NCBI GenBank assembly: GCA_965243135.1
Contig: OZ251539.1
Coordinates: 960,001-1,024,000, forward strand
Direction: 5' to 3'
DNA from: Alphaproteobacteria bacterium
Lineage (GTDB): Bacteria > Pseudomonadota > Alphaproteobacteria > MPNO01 > UBA830
DNA length: 64,000 nucleotides
Of the stretch, positions 49,183 through 60,224 are shown piece after piece; position 1 is the first letter of the stretch; each line of letters opens with the position of its first letter. The notes under the pieces are model-generated. The model saw only the letters and a program-made list of their open reading frames with translations, was not told where the DNA came from and did not search any database. The position numbers were made by a program, and so were the translations under genes.

Positions 49183-51618
49183 TCACGTTCGCAACCTCAG
49201 ATTCCCGGGATCGTACGGGCTTTCCGGGATCACCGTGACGCGATGCCGGCGGTCCAGAACGGTCATCGTCAGTTCAGTCCCGACTGCGGCGTATTCAGGC
49301 TGCACCATGGCCAGGGCTAGCGACTTGCCGACGCGGAATCCGTAGTTGCCGCCGGTGGCGCGCCCGACCAGGACGCCGTCATGGCGGATCGGATTGTTGC
49401 CCAGAGCGTCGGCGTCCTCGACGTCGCGCACTTCAAGCGTGACGAAGGCGTTGGCGAAGCCCTTCTCCTTCCATCGCAACAGCGCGTCGCGACCGACGAA
49501 GTCGCCCTTGTCGGGATGAACGAAGCGGTCCAGGCCGGACTCCCAGGCCGCGTACTCGATCGACAGCTCGGCGCCGACCGCCCGGTACGATTTCTCGGTG
49601 CGCAGGGATTCCATGGCCCGGATGCCGAAGGGCTTGAGGTCCAGGTCCTTTCCGGCCGCCGTCAGGGCGTCGAAGATATGGTTCTGGTATTCGATCGGGT
49701 GATGCAGTTCCCAGCCCATCTCGCCGACGAAATTGACCCTGGCGGCCAACGTCGGCGCCATGCCGATCTCGACCTGCCGCGCCGACAGCCAGGGAAAGGC
49801 GGCGTTCGAGTAATCCGCCTCCGACACCCGCTGCAGCAGTTCTCGCGACCTCGGGCCGGCCACGACCAGCACGCCGGTCGCGTTCGTCAGCGGTTCGAAC
49901 CGGACCGAACCGTCGTCGGGCATCCATCGCCGGAGCCAGTCGTGGTCGAGGCGTTGCAGCGCGCCGGCGGAGACCAGGTAGAAGCTGTCCTCGGCCTCGC
50001 GCAAGACGGTGAATTCGGAGTGGACGCCGCCGCGCGCGTTCAGCGCGTGGCACAGACGGAGCCAGCCCGCGCCGCGGGGCAGGCGGTTGGCCAATAGCCG
50101 GTCGAGGAAGGCTTCGGCGCCGGGGCCCGAGACGCGGCACTTGGCGAAGGCCGTCATGTCCAGCAGGCCGACGTTGGCGGCGACGTTGCGGCATTCGTCG
50201 CCTACCGGACCGAACCACGGCGAACGGCGGAACGACCAGCGGTCTTCCCGCGGCGCGCCCTCGGGCGCGAACCAGTTGGGCCGCTCCCAGCCGAATTTCT
50301 GGCCGAACACGGCGCCCAGCGCCTTCATCCGGTCGTGGCACGGCGATTGGCGCAGAGGGCGCGCCGCGGGACGCTCCTCGTCGGGATAGTGAACGGTAAA
50401 GACGTTGGCGTAAGCCTCCCGGTTCTTCGCCCGCAAATAGGACTTTCCGGCGTAGTCGCCGAAACGCCGGGGATCCACGCCAAGCATGTCGATCGTCGGC
50501 TCGCCCTCGACGATCCATTCCGCGAGCTGCCAACCCGCGCCGCCCGCCGCGGTGACGCCGAAGCTGTGGCCCTCGTTCAGCCAGAAGTTGCGGAGGCCCC
50601 AGGCCGGGCCGACGATCGGGTTCCCGTCGGGGGTGTAGGCGATCGCGCCGTTGTAGACCTGCTTCACGCCGACTTCGCCCATGGCCGGCACCCGGTTGAT
50701 CGCGGATTCGATATGCGGCTGCAACCGCTCCAGATCTTCGGGAAACAGTTCGTACTCGGCGTCGGGCCGCGGTCCGTCGAGATAGCAACAGGGCGCGCCC
50801 TGCTCGTAGGGTCCCAGAAGCAGGCCGCCCGCCTCTTCGCGCATGTACCACGAGCCGTCGGACTCGCGCAGCACGCCCATCTCCGGAAGTCCCCGTTCGC
50901 GCCGTTCGACGATCGCGGGATGCGGTTCGGTGACGATGTACTGGTGCTCGACCGGGACGACCGGCACGTCGAGGCCGACCATGGCGCCGGTGCGGCGGGC
51001 GAAACAGCCTGAAGCGGACACCACGTGCTCGCAAAGGATGTCTCCCCGGTCCGTGCGCACCAGCCAGTCTCCGCCGGACGTCCTTTCGATGCCGGTGACC
51101 GCGGTCCGGCGATAGATGGCGGCGCCCGCCTCGCGGGCGCCTCGAGCGAGAGCCTGGGTAAGTTCGGCGGGCTGGACGTAACCGTCGCCGGGATGGCGGA
51201 TCGCTCCGAGAAGGCCGTCGACGTTGCAAATCGGCCAGAGTTCCTTGACTTCCTCCGGAGCGAGAAAGCGCAGTTCGACGCCGATGGTTTCGGCGACGCC
51301 CGCGTATTGCCGGTACTCGTCCATGCGGTCCGTCGTCGTCGCGAGGCGGATGTTGCCGACTCGGCGGAAATCCACGTCCTGGCCGGTGTCCTCCTGGAGG
51401 CGGCCGTACAACTCCACCGAGTACTTGTGGATCTGTCCGACCGAGTAGCTCATGTTGAAGAGCGGAAGCAGTCCGGCCGCATGCCAGGTCGAGCCGGAGG
51501 TGAGCTCGTTGCGCTCGCACAGCACGACGTCGTCCCAGCCTTTCGCGGCCAGATGATACAGGGTCGAAACCCCGACCACGCCGCCGCCGATGACGACCGC
51601 GCGCGCCCGATTCTTCAT
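49183..51618 (-). CDS. Dimethylglycine/sarcosine dehydrogenase-like FAD oxidoreductase with GcvT domain
   Basis: VIGGGVVG, LTSGSTWHAAG, YTPDGNP, GWERPNWF, SLRTEKSY. Confidence 0.9.
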   Translation of the reverse strand: MKNRARAVVIGGGVVGVSTLYHLAAKGWDDVVLCERNELTSGSTWHAAGLLPLFNMSYSVGQIHKYSVELYGRLQEDTGQDVDFRRVGNIRLATTTDRMDEYRQYAGVAETIGVELRFLAPEEVKELWPICNVDGLLGAIRHPGDGYVQPAELTQALARGAREAGAAIYRRTAVTGIERTSGGDWLVRTDRGDILCEHVVSASGCFARRTGAMVGLDVPVVPVEHQYIVTEPHPAIVERRERGLPEMGVLRESDGSWYMREEAGGLLLGPYEQGAPCCYLDGPRPDAEYELFPEDLERLQPHIESAINRVPAMGEVGVKQVYNGAIAYTPDGNPIVGPAWGLRNFWLNEGHSFGVTAAGGAGWQLAEWIVEGEPTIDMLGVDPRRFGDYAGKSYLRAKNREAYANVFTVHYPDEERPAARPLRQSPCHDRMKALGAVFGQKFGWERPNWFAPEGAPREDRWSFRRSPWFGPVGDECRNVAANVGLLDMTAFAKCRVSGPGAEAFLDRLLANRLPRGAGWLRLCHALNARGGVHSEFTVLREAEDSFYLVSAGALQRLDHDWLRRWMPDDGSVRFEPLTNATGVLVVAGPRSRELLQRVSEADYSNAAFPWLSARQVEIGMAPTLAARVNFVGEMGWELHHPIEYQNHIFDALTAAGKDLDLKPFGIRAMESLRTEKSYRAVGAELSIEYAAWESGLDRFVHPDKGDFVGRDALLRWKEKGFANAFVTLEVRDVEDADALGNNPIRHDGVLVGRATGGNYGFRVGKSLALAMVQPEYAAVGTELTMTVLDRRHRVTVIPESPYDPGNLRLRT

Positions 51619-51662
51619 CGCGCCCTCCCGTTCATTCGCAGGTCCGCGCGCCCGACCGGATC

Positions 51663-52931
51663 CTACAGTTTGCTGCCCGTCTTCAGGAGGCCGGTGCCGG
51701 GGCACTCCGGCTTTTTGAACGGCGTGGCCACCACTTCGGCCGCTACGGGAGCGTCGGCGTAGCTTGCGGGCAAAGCGACCCTCAGCCGGGTTCCGAGCTC
51801 GGTCAACTCCACCGGAAGCATGGCGAGCGCGATATTGGATTCCTGCGTCGGGGAATACCAGGCCGAAGTGACGTAACCGACCAGTTCGTCGCCTTCGAGC
51901 ACATGATAGAAGTCGGCGGGATACCATGTGATCGGCCGGCCGCCCATGCGCATGCCGGCGAGCTTGTGGGTCACCCCTTCGTCGCGAATCCGCTGCAGCG
52001 CCTCCTTGCCGATAAAGAACTCCTTGCTCAGGTCGACCTGCCAGCCGAGTCCGCATTCGTAGGGGTTCGTTTCCAGATCGATGTCCTGGCCGTAAGACAG
52101 GATGCCGGCCTCGATGCGGCGGTGATGCCCCGGCGCGATCACCCGAAGGCCGTGCGGACGGCCCGCCTCCATAACCGCGTTCCACAGCTTGTCGGCATCC
52201 CGATGCGCGTCGTGGAGATATATCTCGTAGCCCGCTTCGGCCGAGAATCCGGTGCGGGAGATTACGGTGCGGCAGCCGCCGATCTCCGATCTCGTCATGC
52301 CGTAATAGGGTATGTCCGGAATGCGGGGTCCGGCGAGGTCGCGCATTAGCGCCGTGGACTTGGGACCTTGAATCTGCAGCGGAGCCACGTCGATTTCGCG
52401 CACCGTCGCGTCGAAACGGCCGAAGGCGTTGACGCCCTGCAGGTAGAGGCCAACGTCGCTGTCGGCCAGCGAAAACCAGAATTCGTCGTCCGCCGGCCGA
52501 AGCAATACCGGGTCGTTGATGATGCCTCCCTCCGCGTTGCAGAGGATGACGTAGCGGCACTTGCCGGTCTCGCACTTCGCGGCGCGGCGCGTGATCACCG
52601 CGTCGACGAAGCGTTCGGCGTCCGGCCCCTTGACCTGGATCTGGCGTTCGACGGCGACGTTCCACATCGTCACCGCCTGGGTGAGATATTCGTACTCCTT
52701 CATCAGTCCGCCGTCCTCGGGCCTGACGTAGGCGCGGGGATGGTAGACGTGATTGTAGACCGAATGGCACCATGCGCCGGCTTGTTGGCTCAGATGCCAG
52801 AACGGTCCCTTGCGAACGCGGGTGTCGATAAGAATTCTGCTGCCCGCGGCGTCCTGGCCCTCGGGGCCGTTGTCGCCGCTCTGCCGCAGCTGCACGGGGA
52901 TGCGCCGCGGCTTGAGGCGCGAAGCGTCCAT
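51663..52931 (-). CDS. GcvT-family THF-dependent demethylase, DmdA-like
   Basis: YNHVYHPR, MWNVAVERQ, INDPVLLR..FWFSLADSD, RRIEAGILSYGQD; AGGAGGT RBS. Confidence 0.8.
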   Translation of the reverse strand: MDASRLKPRRIPVQLRQSGDNGPEGQDAAGSRILIDTRVRKGPFWHLSQQAGAWCHSVYNHVYHPRAYVRPEDGGLMKEYEYLTQAVTMWNVAVERQIQVKGPDAERFVDAVITRRAAKCETGKCRYVILCNAEGGIINDPVLLRPADDEFWFSLADSDVGLYLQGVNAFGRFDATVREIDVAPLQIQGPKSTALMRDLAGPRIPDIPYYGMTRSEIGGCRTVISRTGFSAEAGYEIYLHDAHRDADKLWNAVMEAGRPHGLRVIAPGHHRRIEAGILSYGQDIDLETNPYECGLGWQVDLSKEFFIGKEALQRIRDEGVTHKLAGMRMGGRPITWYPADFYHVLEGDELVGYVTSAWYSPTQESNIALAMLPVELTELGTRLRVALPASYADAPVAAEVVATPFKKPECPGTGLLKTGSKL

Positions 52932-53050
52932 GACCGACCTCCTTTCGGCGATTGTCGCCGGGGGACGATTGGACATTTCCGGGTATTTGGAAAACGAAAA
53001 TAATTGATGTTTCATATCGAATTCTTCGATAGCGAGAGGGATGCGGCCAA

Positions 53051-53902
53051 ATGCAGGTGGACCAGATCAGGACGTTCCTCGAGGTGGCGCGGGTCGGCAG
53101 CTTCCAGCGCGCGGCGGAGATCCTCAACGTCACCCAATCGACGGTCAGCGCCCGCATCAAGGCCTTGGAGGACGAGATGAACCAGGTTCTTTTCCGGCGC
53201 ACCCGGCAGGGCGCCGAGCCGAACCATGCGGGCCAGCGATTCCATCGCTACGCGCTGGTCATCGGACGCGCCTGGGAAAACGCTCGCGCGGAAGCGAAGC
53301 TGCCGCAACGGTTCCGCACGACCTTCGGGATTTCCGCCCAGGTTTCCCTGTGGGAGCGATTGGTTCTCGCATGGCTGCCGTGGATGCGGGAGCAGGCGCC
53401 GGACGTGGCCATCCGCGCCGAGGCGAATCAATCCGACGCCATAATGCGCCGGCTATTCGACGGCCTGCTCGATATCGGCGTTCTTTACGAGCCGCGTCAG
53501 GTGGCGGGTCTCGTGTTCGAACCGCTGTTGCAGGAACGGTTGATTCTCGTCGCCACCGGCGACCGTCGGCAGGACTGGCGCGACGGATACGTTTATGTCG
53601 ATTGGGGCGGCGGCTTCGCGACGGATCACGCCGCGGTCTGGCCGGATTTGGCCACCCCGGCGCTTACCTTCAGCCTCGGCGACATGGGATTGCGGTACAT
53701 TCTCGATCAGGGCGGCGCGGGGTATTTTCCGCTGCGCGTGGTGCGTCCATTGCTGCAGCAAGGCCAGTTGCGCCGGATCCGGGGCGCGCCGGCGATGCAG
53801 CGGTCGGCCTACGTCGTCTATCCGGCGGTCTGGGCGGACGAGGAAGTCCAGCGCCTCGCGCTGCGGGGGCTTAAGGAAGTCGTTCGCCGCGAAGAGGCCT
53901 GA
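53051..53902 (+). CDS. LysR-family transcriptional regulator
   Basis: GSFQRAAEILNVTQSTVSARIKALE; divergent from the DmdA-like gene. Confidence 0.93.
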   Translation: MQVDQIRTFLEVARVGSFQRAAEILNVTQSTVSARIKALEDEMNQVLFRRTRQGAEPNHAGQRFHRYALVIGRAWENARAEAKLPQRFRTTFGISAQVSLWERLVLAWLPWMREQAPDVAIRAEANQSDAIMRRLFDGLLDIGVLYEPRQVAGLVFEPLLQERLILVATGDRRQDWRDGYVYVDWGGGFATDHAAVWPDLATPALTFSLGDMGLRYILDQGGAGYFPLRVVRPLLQQGQLRRIRGAPAMQRSAYVVYPAVWADEEVQRLALRGLKEVVRREEA

Positions 53903-53908
53903 CTGCGT

Positions 53909-54451
53909 TCAGAGCGCGAAGAAATGTTCGCGGTAATGGCGCAATTCGCCGATGGATTCGCGGATGTCGTCCAGAGCCCGGTGCGCATTCTTCTTCTTGA
54001 AGCCGTCCGCCAGCTGCGGCCTCCAGCGCAGGGCGAGCTCCTTCACGGTGGAGACGTCGACGATCCGGTAGTGAAGGTGGCTTTCCAGAGCCGGCATGTA
54101 GCGCGCCAGGAAACGGCGGTCCTGCCATACCGAATTGCCGCAAAGCGGCGAGGTTCGAGGCGGACAGTGAAGCTCGACGAACGAAAGCGTCGCCGCCTCC
54201 GCCTCCGCCAGGGTGGTCTTGGATTGCCGCACGCGGTCGACGAGGCCGGACGCGGTGTGGTGCTCGACGCACCATTCGTCCATCGCCGCCAGCGCGCGCT
54301 CCCCCTGGCGGATCGCGAGCGCCGGCCCTTCGGCGATCACGGCGAGGTCGGCGTCGGTCACGACCGACGCGATCTCCAGAATGACGTCGGTTTCGACGTT
54401 CAGTCCCGTCATTTCCAGATCGATCCAGACAAGGTTGGTCTGCGGATCCAT
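53909..54451 (-). CDS. orn: Oligoribonuclease
   Basis: [54 protein letters not shown]. Confidence 0.95.
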   Translation of the reverse strand: MDPQTNLVWIDLEMTGLNVETDVILEIASVVTDADLAVIAEGPALAIRQGERALAAMDEWCVEHHTASGLVDRVRQSKTTLAEAEAATLSFVELHCPPRTSPLCGNSVWQDRRFLARYMPALESHLHYRIVDVSTVKELALRWRPQLADGFKKKNAHRALDDIRESIGELRHYREHFFAL

Positions 54452-54507
54452 GCGATTGCTCCCGGTGGACAGGCGGGGCGCAGAATATCGCGCGAGGCCG
54501 GCTTTCG

Positions 54508-55161
54508 TCATGCGCCCGGCGTGGCGTTCGCGCCATGCTGTCGGCTGCCGTCCGCCCGGCGCCCCGTTCCGGCCTTCCGCGGCGGGCCGCCGGGCGGGGG
54601 AGCCGCTTCCTCCGCCAGCCCGTGCTCCTTTCCGGCGTCGATGATCAAGTCGTACAGATATTCCGCGACGGACCGGCGAACGAGCAACCGCAGCCCGGAA
54701 CTCGTGCGCGCCAGCACCGCCTCGATCCGGCCGAACAGGGAACCCGCCGCGCTGCCGTCCGGAAACTTCCGTTCGTGCAGATCGAGGGTGGTCAGCCTGG
54801 AAAGGACGTCGCCGGCGGCGGAACCCGACAGCGCGACCGCCGTATATTGATCGCTCACGTCGACGAGCTGGTGCGAGGTCGCGTCGAGTTTTCGCCGCAG
54901 GGCGTCCGCGAGCGCGGTTTCTTCGCCCGGCGGGCAAAGCAGGAACCACTCTTCGGGGCCGCGCCACAGGATCTCGACCCGGCCGTCGGCGGCGATCCGG
55001 CCGGCTTCGGGCAACGGCAGGCCCGTCGCCTTCCGCAGGGCCGCCGCGTCTCCTTGCAGGATCAGCTTTCCCGTGAACGGCGTTTCGGAAACGCGAAGCG
55101 CGCCGCCGGGCGCCGCGGCGGCCCGGCGATGGCCAAGAGGCGAGCGGCGGCCGGTCGTCAC
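54508..55161 (-). CDS. soxG: Sarcosine oxidase gamma subunit
   Basis: [31 protein letters not shown]; GTGA overlap with soxA. Confidence 0.85.
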   Translation of the reverse strand: MTTGRRSPLGHRRAAAAPGGALRVSETPFTGKLILQGDAAALRKATGLPLPEAGRIAADGRVEILWRGPEEWFLLCPPGEETALADALRRKLDATSHQLVDVSDQYTAVALSGSAAGDVLSRLTTLDLHERKFPDGSAAGSLFGRIEAVLARTSSGLRLLVRRSVAEYLYDLIIDAGKEHGLAEEAAPPPGGPPRKAGTGRRADGSRQHGANATPGA

Positions 55162-58106
55162 AGGAAATTCGTCTCGCAGACGGTGACGGGCGCCGGATTC
55201 TTTCCGGGCCGCGCGACGTAGAGGCGGTCTCCCATGCGGTCGCCGCCGGCGGCGACCAAAGCCATGGCGATCGAGCGCCCGAGATTGGGGCTGAAATAAC
55301 TCGAGGTGACGTGTCCCAGCGTCGGCACGGGCGGCGCCGGCTCGGCCGCGGTCGCGATTACGTGCGCGCCCTCCGCCGGAACGGTCTCGGGATCCTGCGG
55401 AAGAAGGCCGACGAGTTGCTTGCGGTCGGGCCGTTTCATGTCCTCCCTGAACAAGGATCGGCGGCCGATGAACTCCCCCTTGTCGAGATCGACCATGCGG
55501 TCCATGCGCAGGTCGAACGGCGTCACCGTGCCGTCTGTGTCCTGTCCGACGATTATGAAACCCTTCTCGGCCCGCAGCAGATGCATCGCGTCCGTGCCGT
55601 AGGGCGTGATGCCGAAGCGCTCGCCGGCCTCCATCGCGCGCTCCCAGAGCCAGTGCCCCCAAGAGGCGGGAACGTTGAGCTCGAACGACAGTTCGCCGGT
55701 GAAGGAAATGCGGAAGACGCGCGCCGGAACGCCGTCGATGCGGGCCGGGCGCCAGGTCATGAACGGAAGCGCAGCGTCCGGAAGGTCCTCGATCAGTTCC
55801 GCCGCCAGCGCGGCCGATAGCGGTCCGCACAACGCTACCACCGCCCACTGTTCGGTGACGCCGGTCAGAAAAACGTCGAGCTCTGGCCACTCGGTCTGCC
55901 GGCACTCCTCCAGCCATGCCAGCACGCGGGCGGCGCCGCCCGTGGTCGTGGTCATGTGAAAGTGGTCGTCCGCGATGCAGGCGGTGACGCCGTCGTCCAT
56001 GACCATGCCGTCCTCGCCCAGCATGAGGCCGTACTTGCAATGACCGGGGGCGAGTTTCGACCAGGAGTTGGTGTAGACGCGGTCGAGAAAGGCGCGGGCG
56101 CCGCTCCCGCGAAGGTCTATCTTGCCCAGCGTCGAGGCGTCCAGCGCGGCGACGCCCGTGCGCGCCGCCAGACTCTCGCGCTGGACGGCCTCCGCGACGC
56201 TCTCGCCCGGGCGCGGATAGGCGCGCGGACGCAGCCAGTCGCCGACAGGCTCGAACGCAGCGCCGCGTTCCGCGTGCCAGCGGTGAATCGGCGTGGTCCT
56301 CCGAGGCTGGAAAAGCGGGCCGACACGCCGCCCGGCGATGGCGCCGAAGGTCACCGGCTTCCAGGGCGGACGGTACGTCGTGGTCCGCGGCAGCGGTTGA
56401 CCGGTCGCTTCGGCGACGGCGGCAAAGACGTTCAGGCCGGAAGTCTTTCCCTGGTCGGTTCCCATGCCGGCGGTCGTGTAGCGTTTGACGTGCTCCACCG
56501 ACCGGTAACCTTCCGCCACGGCCATTCGCAGGTCGGCGGAGGTGACGTCGTTGTGCAGGTCGACGAACGCTCGCCGGTGCGGCCGCGCGTCCTGCGGTTC
56601 CCAAGGGCCCGCGCTCGCGCCATCGTCCGCGCGCGTCGCGGACGCCGGAAGATCTCCGGTCGGGTTCGTTGCGGCGCGACCCGCCTCGGCCCCTTCCCGC
56701 ACGGCGTCCGCCAGTTCGAAAGTGCCGTTGGCGGCGCCGACGGAGCATTCGTCTTGCCGGGATCGGCCGGGGCGGAAGGCGCCGATCGCGGGGTCGTAGC
56801 GCAGTTCGCCCCGGGATTGGGCGAAGAGCGCCGCATTGGGCGCGAAAAGCGCCGATACCGCGAGCAGATCGCATTCGATCGTGCGTTGCCCGCCGCCGCG
56901 CAGCGGACGCAGCGCGGCTTTCGCGATCCGGCGTCGGCCGCGGGTGCCGGTCACCGCATGGGCGGGAAAGACGGGGATGCCGCGTTTTTCGGCCTCCGTC
57001 ATCCGCGCGTCGGGCGGCGTTCCGCGCGGGTCGGCGATGCCGACGACTTCGGCGCCCGCGTCCTGCAGGTCGAAAGCGGCGTCCCAGGCCCAATCGTTGG
57101 CCCCGAAAATCAGCGCGCGGCGTCCCGGCAGCACGGCGAAGCGGTGCAGATAGCTGCGGACCGCGCTCGCGAGCATGATTCCCGGGCGGTCGTTCTGGGG
57201 GAACACCGGCGGCTGCTCGACGGCGCCGGCGGCCAGCACCACCCGGGCGGCGCGCACCCGCCACAGGCGCTGCCGCGGAAGCCGTTCCGGACGTTCGCTC
57301 GGCGTCAGGTGGTCGGCGACCTTCTGGCACAGTCCGACGAAGTTGTCGGCGTAATATCCGAACGCGCTGGTGCGCGTGAGGACGGTGACGTCGGGCCGGC
57401 GCTCGAGATCCGCCCGGACCGATGCGATCCAGTCGGCGGCGGGGCGCCCCTCCACGTCGGCGGCGGGCAGCGACAGGAGACGTCCGCCAAGCTGGGGAGT
57501 CTCCTCGGCCAGGATCACGCGAATTCCTCCGCGGGCCGCGGCCTGCGCCGCCGCGAGGCCCGCCGGGCCGCCTCCGACGACCAGCAGTTCGCAGTGCCGG
57601 TTGACGTGTTCGTAGCGCTCCGGGTCGCGGTCGCGCGGCGCTGCGCCGAGGCCCGCCATGCGGCGAATCGCGCCCTCGAACCGCATCCAGTTTCCGGGCG
57701 GCCCCATGAAGGTCTTGTAATAGAAGCCCGCGGGCAGCATGAACGACAACGCGTCGGCCGCGGCGGCCAGATCCAGGCGCAGCGACGGCCAGCAATTCTG
57801 CGGCCGCGCCTCCAGCCCAGCGTAGAGTTCCTGTTCCGTGACGGGCGTGTTGGGCGCCGTCCACTGGCTGCCGGGATGCATCTGCACCAGCGCCGCTGGA
57901 TCCTCCGCGCCGGCGCCGAAGATGCCGCGCGGCCGGTGGTACTTGAAGCTGCGGGCGACCATGTGCCGACCGTTCGCAAGCAAGGCCGAAGCCAGCGTGT
58001 CCCCGGCGTAGCCCCGGTAAGCGCGGCCGTCGAAGCGGAATTCCAGAGGGCGGTCGCGATCGATCGCGTTGCCGCCCGTCGGCTTGCGCCAGTCCTGCCC
58101 GTTCAT
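55158..58106 (-). CDS. soxA: Sarcosine oxidase alpha subunit
   Basis: [46 protein letters not shown]. Confidence 0.95.
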   Translation of the reverse strand: MNGQDWRKPTGGNAIDRDRPLEFRFDGRAYRGYAGDTLASALLANGRHMVARSFKYHRPRGIFGAGAEDPAALVQMHPGSQWTAPNTPVTEQELYAGLEARPQNCWPSLRLDLAAAADALSFMLPAGFYYKTFMGPPGNWMRFEGAIRRMAGLGAAPRDRDPERYEHVNRHCELLVVGGGPAGLAAAQAAARGGIRVILAEETPQLGGRLLSLPAADVEGRPAADWIASVRADLERRPDVTVLTRTSAFGYYADNFVGLCQKVADHLTPSERPERLPRQRLWRVRAARVVLAAGAVEQPPVFPQNDRPGIMLASAVRSYLHRFAVLPGRRALIFGANDWAWDAAFDLQDAGAEVVGIADPRGTPPDARMTEAEKRGIPVFPAHAVTGTRGRRRIAKAALRPLRGGGQRTIECDLLAVSALFAPNAALFAQSRGELRYDPAIGAFRPGRSRQDECSVGAANGTFELADAVREGAEAGRAATNPTGDLPASATRADDGASAGPWEPQDARPHRRAFVDLHNDVTSADLRMAVAEGYRSVEHVKRYTTAGMGTDQGKTSGLNVFAAVAEATGQPLPRTTTYRPPWKPVTFGAIAGRRVGPLFQPRRTTPIHRWHAERGAAFEPVGDWLRPRAYPRPGESVAEAVQRESLAARTGVAALDASTLGKIDLRGSGARAFLDRVYTNSWSKLAPGHCKYGLMLGEDGMVMDDGVTACIADDHFHMTTTTGGAARVLAWLEECRQTEWPELDVFLTGVTEQWAVVALCGPLSAALAAELIEDLPDAALPFMTWRPARIDGVPARVFRISFTGELSFELNVPASWGHWLWERAMEAGERFGITPYGTDAMHLLRAEKGFIIVGQDTDGTVTPFDLRMDRMVDLDKGEFIGRRSLFREDMKRPDRKQLVGLLPQDPETVPAEGAHVIATAAEPAPPVPTLGHVTSSYFSPNLGRSIAMALVAAGGDRMGDRLYVARPGKNPAPVTVCETNFL

Positions 58107-58414
58107 GCCGGTCGCCCGTCGGCGGACGTTCCGGCCCCTTCGGCGGAGGGGACGGTTTCCCCCGGCTTGCGCGCGCCGATGACGCGGTCGTCGGTGGTGT
58201 CGCGCACGAGTTCGAACCAGCGTCCGCAACCGGCGGAGTGAACCCACCGTTCCGCGAACGGACCCTTGGGATTGGAGCGCATGAACAGATAGTCCGCCCA
58301 TTCGTCGTCGCCGAGGCCTCGGCTGTCGACCGGGCGCGCGATATGAGCCTCGCCTCCCCAGGAGAACTCCGACTGGTCTCGCGGGCCGCACCAGGGGCAG
58401 GGGATGAGAAGCAT
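58103..58414 (-). CDS. soxD: Sarcosine oxidase delta subunit
   Basis: MLLIPCPWCGPR..EF..GGEAHIARP..HSAGC Zn motif. Confidence 0.95.
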   Translation of the reverse strand: MLLIPCPWCGPRDQSEFSWGGEAHIARPVDSRGLGDDEWADYLFMRSNPKGPFAERWVHSAGCGRWFELVRDTTDDRVIGARKPGETVPSAEGAGTSADGRPA

Positions 58415-58417
58415 CGC

Positions 58418-59668
58418 TCAGTGCGCCACGGCGGCGGCGCCGTGTTCGGCGACCAGAGCGCCGCTCGAAAAGCGTTCGAGCGAGAACGGCGCCGCCAGCG
58501 GATGCGGTTCGTCGCGCGCGATCGTCCAGGCGAATACGTGGCCCGAGCCGGGCGTCGCCTTCCAGCCGCCGGTGCCCCAGCCGCCGTTGACGTAGAAGCC
58601 CTCGATCGGCGTGAGGGAAACGATCGGACTGGCGTCGGGGCAGATGTCGACGATGCCGGCCCAGTGCCGCAGCATGCGCAGGCGGGACAGGATCGGAAAC
58701 AGCTCTAGGAGCGCCGCCACCTGATCCTCGATGACGGCGAAGCCGCCGCGCTGGCTGTAGGAAATATGCGGATCGATGCCGCCGCCGATCACGAGTTCGC
58801 CCTTGTCCGACTGGCTGCAATAGACATGGACCGCGTTCGACATGACGACGCACGGGTTGATCGGCTTGACCGGTTCGGAGACCAGCGCCTGCAGCGGGTG
58901 GCTCTCGATCGGCAGCCGCAGCCCCGCCATGGCCGCGATCACGCTGGTATGGCCGGCGGCGACGCTGGCGACCTTGGGGGTCCGGATCGTCCCGCGGGTG
59001 GTTTCGACGCCGGCGACGGCTCCGGCCTCGACGCGGATCCCGGTGACCTCGCAGTTCTGCACGATGTCGACGCCCAGGGCGTCGGCCTTGCGGGCGAAAC
59101 CCCAGACCACGGCGTCGTGCCGGTTGATTCCGCCGCTACGCTGCAGGGTGGCGCCGAGCACCGGGTAGCGGGCGCCGGCGGAGGTATCGAGGATGGGGCA
59201 GAACTCTTTCGCCTGTTGCGGGTCCAGCCATTCCGCATCCACTCCGTTCAGCCGGTTGGCCTCCACGCGGCGCCTGAGCTCGCGCGCCTCGTGGTCGTCG
59301 TGCGCCAGATTCAGCACGCCGCGGTGGCTCATCATGATGTTGTAGTTGAGTTCCCGGCCCAGCCCTCGCCACAGGTCGAGAGCGTGGTCGTAGATCGCGG
59401 CGCTGGCGTCGAAAAGATAGTTGGACCGGATGATCGTGGTGTTGCGTCCGGAATTGCCGCCGCCGATCCAGCCCTTTTCGAGCACGGCGATGTCGCGCAT
59501 TCCGTGTTCCCGGGCCAGGTAGTAGGCGGTGGCGAGACCGTGGCCGCCGCCCCCGATGATTACGGCGTCGTAAGCGGGTTTCGGGTCGGGATGGCGCCAG
59601 ACCTGCGGCCAGTCGCGGTGACCGGTCAACCCGTGGCGCAACAGCGACAGCCACGAATATTTCTTCAT
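58418..59668 (-). CDS. soxB: Sarcosine oxidase beta subunit
   Basis: [53 protein letters not shown]. Confidence 0.95.
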   Translation of the reverse strand: MKKYSWLSLLRHGLTGHRDWPQVWRHPDPKPAYDAVIIGGGGHGLATAYYLAREHGMRDIAVLEKGWIGGGNSGRNTTIIRSNYLFDASAAIYDHALDLWRGLGRELNYNIMMSHRGVLNLAHDDHEARELRRRVEANRLNGVDAEWLDPQQAKEFCPILDTSAGARYPVLGATLQRSGGINRHDAVVWGFARKADALGVDIVQNCEVTGIRVEAGAVAGVETTRGTIRTPKVASVAAGHTSVIAAMAGLRLPIESHPLQALVSEPVKPINPCVVMSNAVHVYCSQSDKGELVIGGGIDPHISYSQRGGFAVIEDQVAALLELFPILSRLRMLRHWAGIVDICPDASPIVSLTPIEGFYVNGGWGTGGWKATPGSGHVFAWTIARDEPHPLAAPFSLERFSSGALVAEHGAAAVAH

Positions 59669-59801
59669 CCTCGGCCCCGCTTCGATCGAGAAGGTGATGA
59701 TGCCATTTTCGGCTTCCTCCGGCCGCGGAACGCGCGCTTCGGGCGCGGTCCGCCGGGCCGTCTCGCGCCGCGGGAAATCCGCCGCCCGCCGCGGGCCGGC
59801 G

Positions 59802-60224
59802 TCAGACGACGGCGACGGCGTTGACTTCGATCAGGCAGCGCGGGTCGGTGGCGAGCCGGACCACCTGGACCGTCGTCGTCGCGGGTTTCGCGTCGCCGAA
59901 GAATTCGGCCCAGACCTCGTTCATCGCGTCCTGGTCCGCGAGGTCCGTCACGAAGCGCGTCGCGGTGACGACGTCGGAAAACGCGGCCCCCGCGGCTTCG
60001 AGGCCCCGCTGCAGGTTGAGCAGCGCCGCCCGGGTCTGGCCGCGCATGTCGTCCGGCATCGAATCGAACTCTTCCGGCCGATGCGGATGATGGTGATAGA
60101 CCGGAGCGGCCGTCACCCCGGCGAGATGCACGGTCGTTCCGCCCGCGACCTTTATCGCCGGCGCGTAGGGCATCCACATGTCCGGCGCGCCGGGCCAGTG
60201 AACGTGCTCGACTGTCTTGTTCAT
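59802..60224 (-). CDS. RidA/YjgF family protein
   Basis: QTRAALLNL...MNEVWAEFF...[16 protein letters not shown]. Confidence 0.85.
   Translation of the reverse strand: MNKTVEHVHWPGAPDMWMPYAPAIKVAGGTTVHLAGVTAAPVYHHHPHRPEEFDSMPDDMRGQTRAALLNLQRGLEAAGAAFSDVVTATRFVTDLADQDAMNEVWAEFFGDAKPATTTVQVVRLATDPRCLIEVNAVAVV

Noticed and set aside
49183-58853. Apparent giant fusion ORFs of 1339, 1118 and 1231 aa
   Set aside because: N-terminal extensions are alternative frames over neighbouring genes; real starts are 51618, 55161 and 58106
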